DNA from: Dehalococcoidia bacterium
Lineage (GTDB): Bacteria; Chloroflexota; Dehalococcoidia; Bin125
DNA length: 64,000 nucleotides
Assembly: GCA_963663895.2 (NCBI GenBank)
Contig: CAXXRD010000001.1
Span: 640,001 to 704,000 of the forward strand
Direction: 5' to 3'
Positions 36,104-45,841 of this stretch are shown here, piece by piece. The translations under genes were made by a program, and so were the position numbers. The stretch's first letter is position 1. Each line of letters starts with the position of its first letter. The notes below the pieces were generated by a model. The model did not search any database. It had not been told where the DNA came from and saw only the letters and a list, made by a program, of their open reading frames with translations.

Positions 36104-38650
36104 ATGGCAAACCCCGCTGCGTCAACTGCCAACCCAAGAAGCCGGGTTACGCCGCTCGCCCTGGACTCAGGCGAATTCGTTAGCGACATCCCAGTCCGGA
36201 TGAGCTACGAGATCATCAAGCTCTTCTCGGAAGGGCTCTACCAGAGTCCACACAAGGCAGTAGAGGAACTCGTCGCGAACGCCTACGACGCAGGTGCCGA
36301 GAACGCCTGGGTATTCACCGCGAGAGATGAGTACCCCGAGGACTCGCTCTGGGTGATTGACGATGGTTCCGGCATGGACAGCCACGGATTCGAAGTCTTA
36401 TGGCACGTCGCAGACCCACACAAGTCCATCGATTCAGGAACTGGCGTCGCGGGTCGGGTCGCGATCGGGCAGTTCGGGATTGGCAAACTCGCAGCGTACG
36501 TCCTCGCAGAGCGACTAACGCACCTCTCGAAGCGCGACGACCGCTACCTCCTCACCTCAATGGACTTCACGCGTGTCACCGAGCACCATCAGTGGGAGAA
36601 CCCAGAGGACATCAAGATCCAACTGAGAAAACTCACCGAAGAAGAGGCGATGGGGTTGCTCCGCGAGATCGCTGACCGAGACGACGAGCAAGTCTGCTGG
36701 TCCCGGCTCTTCGGTCCCACCGCCTGCACGTCCTGGACCGCGGCCGCGCTAAGCGAGTTCAAGCCCCTAATGGACGACTTCCAGGTGGGCACCCTCAGCT
36801 GGGTCCTCCGGACCGGTCTGCCCATCCTGTCGAACTTTCACATCGTCCTGAATGGCTCGATTCTCGAAAGTCCGAAGGTCGAGCTCGATCCGCTCGATAT
36901 ATTCCCATTTGGCGGTGACGACGAGGAGGTCGAGAAGCTCAAGAAGGAGGGAACCTCCATCAAGGCGACGGCAGAAGGAGTGATCATCGAAGGAATTCCG
37001 GGCGTCATAAACGGATCCGCCACTGTTTACGCAAGCGCGCTCGAAGGGGGGAAGTCAGACCGTTACTCGCGTAGCTACGGAATCTTCGTGAAAGTCAAGC
37101 AGCGAATCGTCAATCTAGAGAATGAGACCTTCGGTCTGCCGGCGCAGAACCACGCTGCCTGGAACCGAAGCGTTATCCGCGTCGAGGCGGACGGCCTTAG
37201 CGAGTTCCTTCAGTCTTCCCGCGAGGGTGTGAGAGAGACGAGAGAAACGCGTGCACTGCAGCAGTACCTCCACGAGAAGTTCCTGAGATGTAGACGCACC
37301 TACGAGGCATACCTCGACCAGCAGTTGGTCGGCGACGAAATTCACCGATTGGTGGCTGAGGGTCCGTCTCCATTCATGACTGATCCGCTGATTGACGCAG
37401 TGCGTCGTGGCATAGCCAATCCAGGGTCCCAGATGTTCTATTTGCGACGTCCGGCCGAAGGGGAAGCCACCGACCTTGAAGAATGGGTTGCGGAGTTCGA
37501 GACCGCCGCGGCAGACGAACCGATCAGCGATATCGCTCTGACAGAGGCCGGCCGTTACGCACCGGTTGCATCGTACGAGCCGACAACGCGAATCCTCCAC
37601 GTGAATCGAGACCATCCGTTCGTCGCCCATCTGGTTCAGCAAAGTCGAGGGGCGACGCCGTGGAAGCTGTTCGCAACCTCGGAGCTTCTCCTAGAAGCGA
37701 TCGTCCGTGCGATTGGGGTCCCCAATCAGGAAATAGAGCAGTTGCTCCGTTACCGTGATCGGATTCTGAGAATCCTCCTGAAGGATAAGCCGGCGGTTAT
37801 CGGCGATGTACTCGGTCTCCTCGCTGTGGCGGGCACTGATAAGACTGCTATGGAGCGGGCAACCGGAGCTGCGTTCGAGACACTCGGCTTCGACTATGAG
37901 AAGCGGGGCGGGAGCGGCGGAGGAACCGACGGTGTGCTCGAAGCCAAGCTCGGCGTACTGCCGGGGTCCAACAAGCGAACGAGCTTCAAGCTGGTCTTCG
38001 ACTCAAAGACGAGCAGCGGAGCGGTTCCGAACGAGAGGGTACGGTTCGCCGCCCTTCATCGATTCCAGAACGCTGAGAAGGCTGACTTCGCATTCACCGT
38101 CGCCGATAGGTTCCAAGGAGAAGATAACATTCAATCGGCACTGAACACCGAGGCCGAGAACGAAAAGGTGACAGTTCTCACAACCTCCGATTTGGAGCGC
38201 TTGCTCCGGCTACACGCGTCCTTCGGCATCCCACTGTCAACGATGCGCGAGCTCTTTGCAGGGCCGTACAGGGGCTCCGCGCCGCGCGGTGACGAAGATC
38301 CGAAGGGACACTTCAGTCGGCAGGACGTGCTCCAGTGGCTTGACTGGCTCAAGTCTGAACTCGAAAGCACTGAGAACCGAATTCCGGTGCGCCAGCTTCT
38401 TGAGAGGCTCGATGCTCAGAAAGTGGATCCCTATGATCCGCCACGGATCTCCCGAGTCCGTCTCCTTGACTCAGAGTTCCTAAACTTCAACCCGGATCGG
38501 CTTGAAGCAGCCCTAGAAGGCATCCAAGCTGTGATAGGCGGAAATTACCTTCTGGTTGAAGATGACAGGGTTTACCTCTATCAGACTGTGGACGAGATTC
38601 TGAACAGCTACGACAAGGCTGTTGAGTCAGAGTTGCAGAGTCGCCCGTGA
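36104..38650 (+). CDS. MORC/HSP90-like GHKL ATPase fused to C-terminal PD-(D/E)xK restriction-endonuclease-like domain
   Basis: EELVANAYDA, DDGSGMD, GQFGIGK; S5-like ADGL..SSRE; LHVNRDHPF; C-terminal E..FETLGF..GGTDG..FDSK. Confidence 0.8.
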   Translation: MANPAASTANPRSRVTPLALDSGEFVSDIPVRMSYEIIKLFSEGLYQSPHKAVEELVANAYDAGAENAWVFTARDEYPEDSLWVIDDGSGMDSHGFEVLWHVADPHKSIDSGTGVAGRVAIGQFGIGKLAAYVLAERLTHLSKRDDRYLLTSMDFTRVTEHHQWENPEDIKIQLRKLTEEEAMGLLREIADRDDEQVCWSRLFGPTACTSWTAAALSEFKPLMDDFQVGTLSWVLRTGLPILSNFHIVLNGSILESPKVELDPLDIFPFGGDDEEVEKLKKEGTSIKATAEGVIIEGIPGVINGSATVYASALEGGKSDRYSRSYGIFVKVKQRIVNLENETFGLPAQNHAAWNRSVIRVEADGLSEFLQSSREGVRETRETRALQQYLHEKFLRCRRTYEAYLDQQLVGDEIHRLVAEGPSPFMTDPLIDAVRRGIANPGSQMFYLRRPAEGEATDLEEWVAEFETAAADEPISDIALTEAGRYAPVASYEPTTRILHVNRDHPFVAHLVQQSRGATPWKLFATSELLLEAIVRAIGVPNQEIEQLLRYRDRILRILLKDKPAVIGDVLGLLAVAGTDKTAMERATGAAFETLGFDYEKRGGSGGGTDGVLEAKLGVLPGSNKRTSFKLVFDSKTSSGAVPNERVRFAALHRFQNAEKADFAFTVADRFQGEDNIQSALNTEAENEKVTVLTTSDLERLLRLHASFGIPLSTMRELFAGPYRGSAPRGDEDPKGHFSRQDVLQWLDWLKSELESTENRIPVRQLLERLDAQKVDPYDPPRISRVRLLDSEFLNFNPDRLEAALEGIQAVIGGNYLLVEDDRVYLYQTVDEILNSYDKAVESELQSRP

Positions 38651-39810
38651 AGCCCGTCCACCCATTTCCTGCTCGTATGGCCCCCGATGTTGCTCTCGCA
38701 GCCTTGAATAACCTCCTGCCCGGAGCATCTGTACTAGATCCGCTTGCCGGGTCCGGTACTGTGCTCCGCGCCGCGAGCGACCGAGGTCTGGAGGCGCTTG
38801 GTGCCGACCTCGATCCGTTGGCAGTGCTAATGAGCCGTGTCTGGACTACGCCGCTCGATCCGAACGCACTCGTGGAAGCGGCTGAAAGCGCAGTTGTTCA
38901 CGCGCAACGCTTGAAAGAGCCCGAACTGTCGTGGATCGACACTGATCCCATGACTATCGCGTTTATTGAGTACTGGTTTGCTGAGCGCCAGCGAGCCGAG
39001 CTCCGTCGCCTCGCGCGGGTGCTTGCCTGCGCCGAGGCCGGACCAACAACTGATGCACTGATGTTGGCTCTGAGCAAAATCATCGTCACGAAGGACCGCG
39101 GTGCGAGCCTCGCGCGAGATGTCTCCCACAGTCGGCCTCATCGAGTAGCGCTGAGCAACGACTACCCAACCTACGAAGGTTTCTTGCGCGCCACTCGACA
39201 GATAGCAGCCGCGCTTGCTGCGGAGCCTCCAACCGGGAACGTCGATATTCGACTAGGCGACGCTCGATCGCTCAGTTGGATAGATGACGATTCTATCGAT
39301 GTGGTCGTCACATCCCCTCCATATCTCAACGCGATTGACTACATACGGGGCCATCGACTGGCGCTCGTGTGGCTCGGATTCTCAGTAGCTGCTTTACGGG
39401 AGATCAGAAGCGCCAGCATCGGTGCTGAGCGAGCCGAACGCGAACGCCGCGACCGCACGCTTTCGATGCTAACCGCAGAGCTTCCGGACCTTGCGAGCCT
39501 ACCCAAGAGGACTCAGCGGATCATGCTCCGCTACCGAAATGACCTCGAAGTGACGATGTCGGAGTTGGCGCGTGTGCTGCGTAGCAGCGGGCGCGCAGTG
39601 ATCGTCGTAGGAAACTCGACTCTCAAAGGTGTCTTCGTCGATAACGCTCAGGCTGTGGCTCTTGCCGCCGCAGAGTCAGGTCTCAGGCTCATCGCCCGTA
39701 AGACTCGTGAATTGCCAGCGTCGCACAGATACTTGCCACCCCCCGCAGCTACGGGAGCGCTGAGCAAGCGCATGCGAGAAGAGGTGATCCTGACCTTCCA
39801 ACATGCTTGA
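38647..39810 (+). CDS. DNA amino-methyltransferase (probable N4-cytosine; motif I before motif IV)
   Basis: HPFPARM, VLDPLAGSGT (SAM-binding), GDAR, VTSPPY (catalytic); GTGA overlap with upstream gene. Confidence 0.88.
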   Translation: MKPVHPFPARMAPDVALAALNNLLPGASVLDPLAGSGTVLRAASDRGLEALGADLDPLAVLMSRVWTTPLDPNALVEAAESAVVHAQRLKEPELSWIDTDPMTIAFIEYWFAERQRAELRRLARVLACAEAGPTTDALMLALSKIIVTKDRGASLARDVSHSRPHRVALSNDYPTYEGFLRATRQIAAALAAEPPTGNVDIRLGDARSLSWIDDDSIDVVVTSPPYLNAIDYIRGHRLALVWLGFSVAALREIRSASIGAERAERERRDRTLSMLTAELPDLASLPKRTQRIMLRYRNDLEVTMSELARVLRSSGRAVIVVGNSTLKGVFVDNAQAVALAAAESGLRLIARKTRELPASHRYLPPPAATGALSKRMREEVILTFQHA

Positions 39811-40039
39811 TCCGTGGCCTATGCACCGAGGGATAGCGTGCAACTCGCACAGGTGGACCACTAGCTCTGGAAAGGAACGTGCCGCGAGTGCGTCGCTCGG
39901 CGAATCAGACTGCGTCGCACCGAGTCTGGACTGACCTTAAGTCACACTGCTCCGAACAGGAGACCTGTTCACTCTAGAACGCGAGTCGGACGTGAAAAGG
40001 GACGGCGCATCCCATTTCGCACGAGCACGTTAGACGCCC

Positions 40040-40801
40040 ATGGCTGAGCTGCCGATCCTGCTATCGATTCCGCACGCGGGCACGCGCATCCCGCCCGAGA
40101 TCGAGGGCCGCGTGAGCCTGAGCCCGCTCCAACTCCTCTACGCCAGCGACGCCTTCGCCGACCGTATCTACGATCTCGGCGCCGATGCGGCGGCGGTCGT
40201 CAAAACCGACGTCGCCCGCGCCTGCGTCGATGTGAACCGGTCGCCGCTGGCGCGCCCCCCGGCCGTCGTGGACGGGATCGTAAAGCGCATGACCGCGAAC
40301 GACCGCCCCGTCTATCACCCGGGGCGCGAGCCGGGCGAGGCGCTGACCGACGCCCTGATCGCGCGCTACGCGGAGCCGTATCACGTCGGCATCATGCGGG
40401 CACTGCGCCGGCCGGGCCTCCAGCTCGCCCTCGACTGCCACTCGATGGCCCGCAGCGGCCTCGCCCGCCAGCGCGACCACGGGCAGTCCCGCCCCTCTTT
40501 CTGCCTCAGCTCGCGCTTCGGGGCCAGCGCGCCCGACGAGCTGCTGCACGCTCTGGGCGACGCGCTGCGCGACGCCTTCGGGTTGCCGGAAACGGAGATC
40601 GGCTACCACCGTCCCTTCGCCGGCGGCTACATCACATCCCGTTACGGGCGCGGGACCTTACCCTGGATCCAGGTGGAGATAAACCGCCAGCTCTACGTGC
40701 GGCCGCCCTGGTTCGACAAGGCGTCGCGTACGATGGATCCGCGGCGGCTGGCGGAGCTGCGCGGCGCCTTCCGCGCGGCCCTGCGGTCGCTCCGCCTCTA
40801 G
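40040..40801 (+). CDS. N-formylglutamate amidohydrolase
   Basis: SIPHAG, RACVDVNR, PYH, DCHSM, PFAGGYIT, IQVEINR. Confidence 0.88.
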   Translation: MAELPILLSIPHAGTRIPPEIEGRVSLSPLQLLYASDAFADRIYDLGADAAAVVKTDVARACVDVNRSPLARPPAVVDGIVKRMTANDRPVYHPGREPGEALTDALIARYAEPYHVGIMRALRRPGLQLALDCHSMARSGLARQRDHGQSRPSFCLSSRFGASAPDELLHALGDALRDAFGLPETEIGYHRPFAGGYITSRYGRGTLPWIQVEINRQLYVRPPWFDKASRTMDPRRLAELRGAFRAALRSLRL

Positions 40802-40864
40802 CGCCGGCCTCCCGGCGAGCAGCAAGCACTACGGCGCCAGACCGAAACCTGAGAAGAGGAGCCA

Positions 40865-41278
40865 ATGCCCGACATCCAGTCCCTCCCGTCCGTTCCCGAG
40901 AGCCACGCCGGCCTGCTGGGCGCGCCGCACTTCGCGCACGTCTGCACGATCAACGCCGACGGCAGCCCGCAAACCTCGCCGGTCTGGCTCAACCGCGAGG
41001 GCGCCGTGATCTGCCTCAACAGCGCCGAAGGCCGCCGCAAGATCGCCAACATGCGGCGCGACCCGCGCGTCGCCATCTCGATCATCGACGCGGCCAACCC
41101 CTACCGCTACGTCGAGCTGCGCGGGCGCGTGATCGAGATGGCGCACGAGGGCGCCGACGCCCACATCGACCAGCTCGCCAAGGACTACCTGGGCGTGGAC
41201 GAATACCCCTACCGATCCCCCGGGGAGCAGCGGGTCCTGATCCGGATCGCGGTCGAGCACGTCGTGGCGCTGAACTGA
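40865..41278 (+). CDS. PPOX class probable F420-dependent oxidoreductase
   Basis: DGSPQTSPVW, RKIANMRRDPRV, PYRYVELRG, HIDQLAKDYLG. Confidence 0.9.
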   Translation: MPDIQSLPSVPESHAGLLGAPHFAHVCTINADGSPQTSPVWLNREGAVICLNSAEGRRKIANMRRDPRVAISIIDAANPYRYVELRGRVIEMAHEGADAHIDQLAKDYLGVDEYPYRSPGEQRVLIRIAVEHVVALN

Positions 41279-41309
41279 GCCGTTGCCGCCCGGCCCGCGC
41301 CGGCCGAGG

Positions 41310-43892
41310 TCATACACGCATCCCGGCGGATCCGCTCTCGACGTTCTCCGTGTACCGGCAAGGGGGGTCGGACCAGTACTCCGTGCATCCTCGAAAGGAG
41401 CCAGTCTTGCCATTCCTCAAGAGGAGGACGCCCATGCCGCACGAGGGACAGGCAGGCGGCGGACGATCGCACGTCGGGTTCGTACACGTGGATAGCCCCT
41501 TCGCGACCACCCCATAGCCAGCTTCGCAGTTGGGACAGCAGGGCGCGAGGTGCTCACAGCGCGGATAGTTCGAGCAGCGCAAGTTCTTGCGGCTCTGCGA
41601 GGGAAGCAAGCGACCGTTGGTACAGCGCGGGCACTCCCGAGCGATCTCGTCGCCGATCCGCCGCAGATCGTCGCCGGACTCCCGGATCAGCTCCACGACA
41701 AACGGCGATGGCCGCACCGGGTCCGCGACGAGATAGGCACCGATCCGGGCGCGCGTCATCGCGACATAGAAGAGACGGCGCTCCTCCGCGAACGGAAACG
41801 CTTTCCCAGAGACGGGAGGGAGCACGAGGTCCAAGAGTGGGTCATCCTCGATCCGAGAGGGGAACCCTCGCCGGGCATCGTCGAGGTCGAGCACGACGAC
41901 GTAGTCCGCTTCCCGGCCCTTCGCTTGATGAACGGTGCTGAACTCTACCCGCAACGATCGGCTCCACGAGGACTCCCGGAGCGCGGCTTGGCTATCGCGA
42001 TAGCGTCCCAGCACCAGCACCGAGTGAGGCTCGTCTCCCGTAATCTCCTCGATCTCCTGCAGCGCGCTCCGCAGCCCCCCGGCGGGATCAGGGTCGAAAA
42101 CGAGGGTGATTCCCTGATCCTCGATATCGCGCGCCGCGCGCAGCGGCCGTCGCGTCTGCTCCGGGTTGCGCTGCACGAACGCGGTTGAGGGACCGAGGAT
42201 GCCGTCCGCGAAGCGGAAGGTCTGGCTCAGCGTCCGCTCCCGCGTGCGCCCGAGGTAGGTAGAGCAGTTTCGTACAAGCCCGACATCGCTCCCAGCGAAG
42301 CGGTAGATCGACTGCCAGTCGTCGCCGACGAGGAAGTAGGCCACGTCTTGGGGCCCGCGAGCAAGGGCCTGCAGCAGCGCCATCCGCCCCTTGGAGATGT
42401 CCTGAAACTCGTCGACCAGCACGTACCGGTACGGCGTTTGCCACTTGCCTTCGCGAATGTGAAGTGCGGCGCGATTGATCAGATCATGAAAATCCAACGC
42501 CTCCTCGTCCGCCTCCCCCTCGTCCGCGAGCAAGCGATCGTAACGCGCCCGTACCTGCTCGAAGAGGACGAGGAAGGTCTCGTTACGCAAGCGGTCGCCG
42601 TGCGCACGAGCGCGGGCGCGCAACTCTTCGGGCGTCAGGCCGCTGCTCTTGGCGTGATCTAGAAAGGTCGCCACTAGCATGGCCAGCCAGGAGATCAGCC
42701 GCCGCGCCAGCGCCCGAATCAAGGAGAGCCGCTTTTCGTGTGAGATGGGCTCGAACCCGGCTCCCGCCTCCTCAAGCTGCGCGCGCAGCCCGGGGAGCAG
42801 AACGCCTCGCCGGTGCTGCCAGCTATAGGTCTCGATCAGCTTCGAGCCGTTTCGCGCATGGATGCCTCGCTTCCACTCGACGCCCTCGGCGTACCTCTCC
42901 CAACCCGGCGGCGGGCGGCCCTGCTCGTTCAGCGCGAAATGCTCAATGTAGATGCCGTGGTCGGGGAGGAAGAAGTCCGGCTGATACTGCCTGTGCTGCC
43001 GCGTCGCAGTCGGCGCCTCGTACGGGGCTTCATACTCAAACCTGACGCCGTGCTCCGTCAGATAGTTCGCGATCCGTAGCTCCTCAAAGCTCTTGACCAG
43101 ATCTCCGCTCAGCGTCCGCAGCTCGACGCTGCGGATGTATTCGTCGTACTCGGCGGGCGTCTTGAAATCGAAGGCCGAGCGGTAGGAGGCGCTGTGATCA
43201 ACGATGAAGCTCTTCACAGCGTCCGATTGCCGGGGGTCCTCCAGAAGCTCGTTGAGAATCTCGTCAAGGACGCGGACAAGCTCGGCCCTATCCTCGGCGA
43301 GCTTCGACACGGTCGGCGCGGCCTTGGAAACATCCGCGATGACGCGCCGGCCGAAGGCATGAAAGGTGGAGACATCCGCCGCGAGGCCGCCCGGAAGCCG
43401 CTCGCGGATCTCCCCGGCTGCTTTGCGGTTGAACGCCAGCACGAGGATCTCGCCCGGCGCGGCGTCCAAGTTACGAACGAGGTGGGCCACCTTGCCGGTG
43501 GTGACCGTGGTCTTGCCCGTGCCCGCGCCCGCCAGCACCAGGGTCACGTCCCCGTCGCTGGCGATGGCCTCGGCTTGCTCGTTCGTGGGAAGGCACCGGA
43601 GCGCCGTGAGTGCGGCGATCCGGACGGCGGCGCGCTCGCCCAGTCCCCCGATCGTATGCGCCGTCCCGCCGGTGACGCCGATCGTCAACCGGCTTCGGAG
43701 CCAGGAGCGGTGGACTGTGATCGCGCCGACCGCATCAAGGGGGATCTCCGCCAGCGTGCCGCCGTCGCGCCCCTCAATGCGCAGCGTCTCCGCCGCCAGC
43801 GCTATACGCACGGGACCCCGCGTAAAGAAGCGATGGTGCCAAGGGCTCTGGGCAACGACCTGCCCGGCCGGCCGCGCGGCGATTCCCGTCAT
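41310..43892 (-). CDS. helD: UvrD-family DNA helicase IV-like protein with inserted nuclease-like domain and C-terminal C4 zinc ribbons
   Basis: AGAGTGKT, VDEFQD, VGDDWQSIYRFAG, STVHQAKGRE, EERRLFYVAMTRA; multiple C-terminal CxxC. Confidence 0.8.
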   Translation of the reverse strand: MTGIAARPAGQVVAQSPWHHRFFTRGPVRIALAAETLRIEGRDGGTLAEIPLDAVGAITVHRSWLRSRLTIGVTGGTAHTIGGLGERAAVRIAALTALRCLPTNEQAEAIASDGDVTLVLAGAGTGKTTVTTGKVAHLVRNLDAAPGEILVLAFNRKAAGEIRERLPGGLAADVSTFHAFGRRVIADVSKAAPTVSKLAEDRAELVRVLDEILNELLEDPRQSDAVKSFIVDHSASYRSAFDFKTPAEYDEYIRSVELRTLSGDLVKSFEELRIANYLTEHGVRFEYEAPYEAPTATRQHRQYQPDFFLPDHGIYIEHFALNEQGRPPPGWERYAEGVEWKRGIHARNGSKLIETYSWQHRRGVLLPGLRAQLEEAGAGFEPISHEKRLSLIRALARRLISWLAMLVATFLDHAKSSGLTPEELRARARAHGDRLRNETFLVLFEQVRARYDRLLADEGEADEEALDFHDLINRAALHIREGKWQTPYRYVLVDEFQDISKGRMALLQALARGPQDVAYFLVGDDWQSIYRFAGSDVGLVRNCSTYLGRTRERTLSQTFRFADGILGPSTAFVQRNPEQTRRPLRAARDIEDQGITLVFDPDPAGGLRSALQEIEEITGDEPHSVLVLGRYRDSQAALRESSWSRSLRVEFSTVHQAKGREADYVVVLDLDDARRGFPSRIEDDPLLDLVLPPVSGKAFPFAEERRLFYVAMTRARIGAYLVADPVRPSPFVVELIRESGDDLRRIGDEIARECPRCTNGRLLPSQSRKNLRCSNYPRCEHLAPCCPNCEAGYGVVAKGLSTCTNPTCDRPPPACPSCGMGVLLLRNGKTGSFRGCTEYWSDPPCRYTENVESGSAGMRV

Positions 43893-44299
43893 GATCAGCG
43901 CGGTGCCGAACGCAACGCGGTCCGCTGGCGGAGGGAGGACGGCTGATCGCGGCCGCTCGGCATAGGTGCCCCCTCGCGGCGGTAGACGGTGGCTACGTGC
44001 TACGGTCGCCGAGGTCTAGGCAAGCCAACAAGGGGGCGTGAGCGCCCCGCCTTCACCGAAGGCTTGCCGATTCCCCGGACCGTAGCGGGCGGGAGAGTAC
44101 CACCACCGGCGATTGCGCGCCAGCGCGTACGTAAGGCTCTCCTACGCATCGGGAACCGATTCCTGCGTCACGAGCAGCGGTCGCCCGCACTCTTCATGCC
44201 CTTCAAGGTCAGGCTAGACCCCTCCTTGTCTCTACTCATATAGATTCGCAACAGCCGGGAGAGCGCGAAACGCGCGGTAGCACAGCGATCGCAGCACCG

Positions 44300-45712
44300 C
44301 TAATCGAAGGCCATCGGCGGCGGGTCGTCGGGGATGGCGATCGGGCAGCCCGTGGCCGCCGCGACCTCGGCGGGGGAGACGCCGGATGCGATCTCGCGCA
44401 AGACGAGACCGTCCGCCGTCACGCCGATCAGGGCGAGATTGGTGACGATGGTGGAGACGCAGCGGCGGCCCGTGAGCGGCAGGGAACACTCCTCCACGAT
44501 GCGCGGCCGGCCATCGCGGGTGGTGTGCTCGAGCAGGGCGATCACCTCGCCGCCGCCCGCCAGCAGGTCCATGGCGCCGCCAATGCGGCCCGCGCCCACG
44601 CCCGGCCGCGACCAGTTGGCCAGGTCACCGTTCCGGGAGATCTCGTAAGCCCCCAGGACCACGGCGTCCAGGTGGCCGCCGCGGGCCATGGCGAAAGCGG
44701 CGACGCTATCGAAGAGAGCAGCCCCCGGCAGGGGAGCGATGGGAAGGCTGCTGGCGTCGAAGTAGCTGGGGTTCCAGCCCTCGACGTCCTCCAGGCCGCG
44801 GAAACCGAGGATGCCGTTCTGGGCGTGCAGGGCGGCCTGCGCGCCGATCTCCTGCAGATGCCGCCCGACCAGCGTGGGCGCGCCCACGCCGAGGTTGACG
44901 TAGCGGTAGTCCGCGACCATGCGGGCGACGCGCAGCGCCATGAGATCGCGCGGGATGCCGCGCACCACGGCGCCGCGGCCCGCGTCCTTCAAAGGGTCGC
45001 GGCCGCGCGCCAGCTCTTCCGCGACGATCTCCGAACGGGGGATCTCCGCCCGGACCACGGCGTCGACGAAGATGCCGGGCAGGTGCACCTCCTCCGGATC
45101 CAGCTCGCCGGCCGCGACGAGGCGCTCCGCCTGCACGATCACGGTGGCGGCGGCGCTCGCCATGGCGGGCTGGAAGTTGCGCGTGGTGCCGTCGAAGCGG
45201 CAGTTGCCGGCCGCGTCCGCCACGTCGGCCCGCAGCAGGGCCGCGTCCGCGGGCAGCGCCCGCTCGAACAGATGGGGGCGGCCGTCGAACTCCCGCACCT
45301 CCTTGTCATCGGATTGAATCACCGTCCCCACGCCGGTGGGCGTGTAGAAGCCCGCGATGCCGGCCCCGGCGGCGCGGATACGCTCGACCAAGGTGCCCTG
45401 GGGCACGATCTCGTAGGCCACTTCGCCCGCTAGGATCTGCTGCTCCATGGCCGTGGAGATGCCGGTGTGCCCGCCGAAGGAGCCGATGAAGCGGGTCACC
45501 AGCCCGCGCTCCGCCAGCACCTGCGGCGAGTAGGGGCCGTAGCCCACGGCGTTGGCGATGATGGTGAGGCCGCCGGCGCCGTGCTCGGCCAGGGCGCGCA
45601 GCAGCGTGCTGGGCCAGGCGGCCATGGGCGCGAAGCCCCCGACCATGACGGCGGCGCCCGGCTGCACGGCGGCCACCGCCTCGCGCGCGCTCTCGACAAC
45701 CTTGCTCTTCAC
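44300..45712 (-). CDS. Family I CoA-transferase fold, fused alpha+beta, with AQNG in place of catalytic GENG
   Basis: Full-length homolog of the 29991 and 31416 paralogs; GTG start at 45712. Confidence 0.85.
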   Translation of the reverse strand: MKSKVVESAREAVAAVQPGAAVMVGGFAPMAAWPSTLLRALAEHGAGGLTIIANAVGYGPYSPQVLAERGLVTRFIGSFGGHTGISTAMEQQILAGEVAYEIVPQGTLVERIRAAGAGIAGFYTPTGVGTVIQSDDKEVREFDGRPHLFERALPADAALLRADVADAAGNCRFDGTTRNFQPAMASAAATVIVQAERLVAAGELDPEEVHLPGIFVDAVVRAEIPRSEIVAEELARGRDPLKDAGRGAVVRGIPRDLMALRVARMVADYRYVNLGVGAPTLVGRHLQEIGAQAALHAQNGILGFRGLEDVEGWNPSYFDASSLPIAPLPGAALFDSVAAFAMARGGHLDAVVLGAYEISRNGDLANWSRPGVGAGRIGGAMDLLAGGGEVIALLEHTTRDGRPRIVEECSLPLTGRRCVSTIVTNLALIGVTADGLVLREIASGVSPAEVAAATGCPIAIPDDPPPMAFD

Positions 45713-45841
45713 GCCCGCGATGATAGCCGCCCGCGCCCGGCCGTCCCCGTCCCTCGCCTTTTCGCTCTGGCAAGATGTAGCGCGCGGCACCAAAGGGACG
45801 GCTGCCGCGATGTGCCGGAGTATTCTGAAAGAGGGAGCGTC

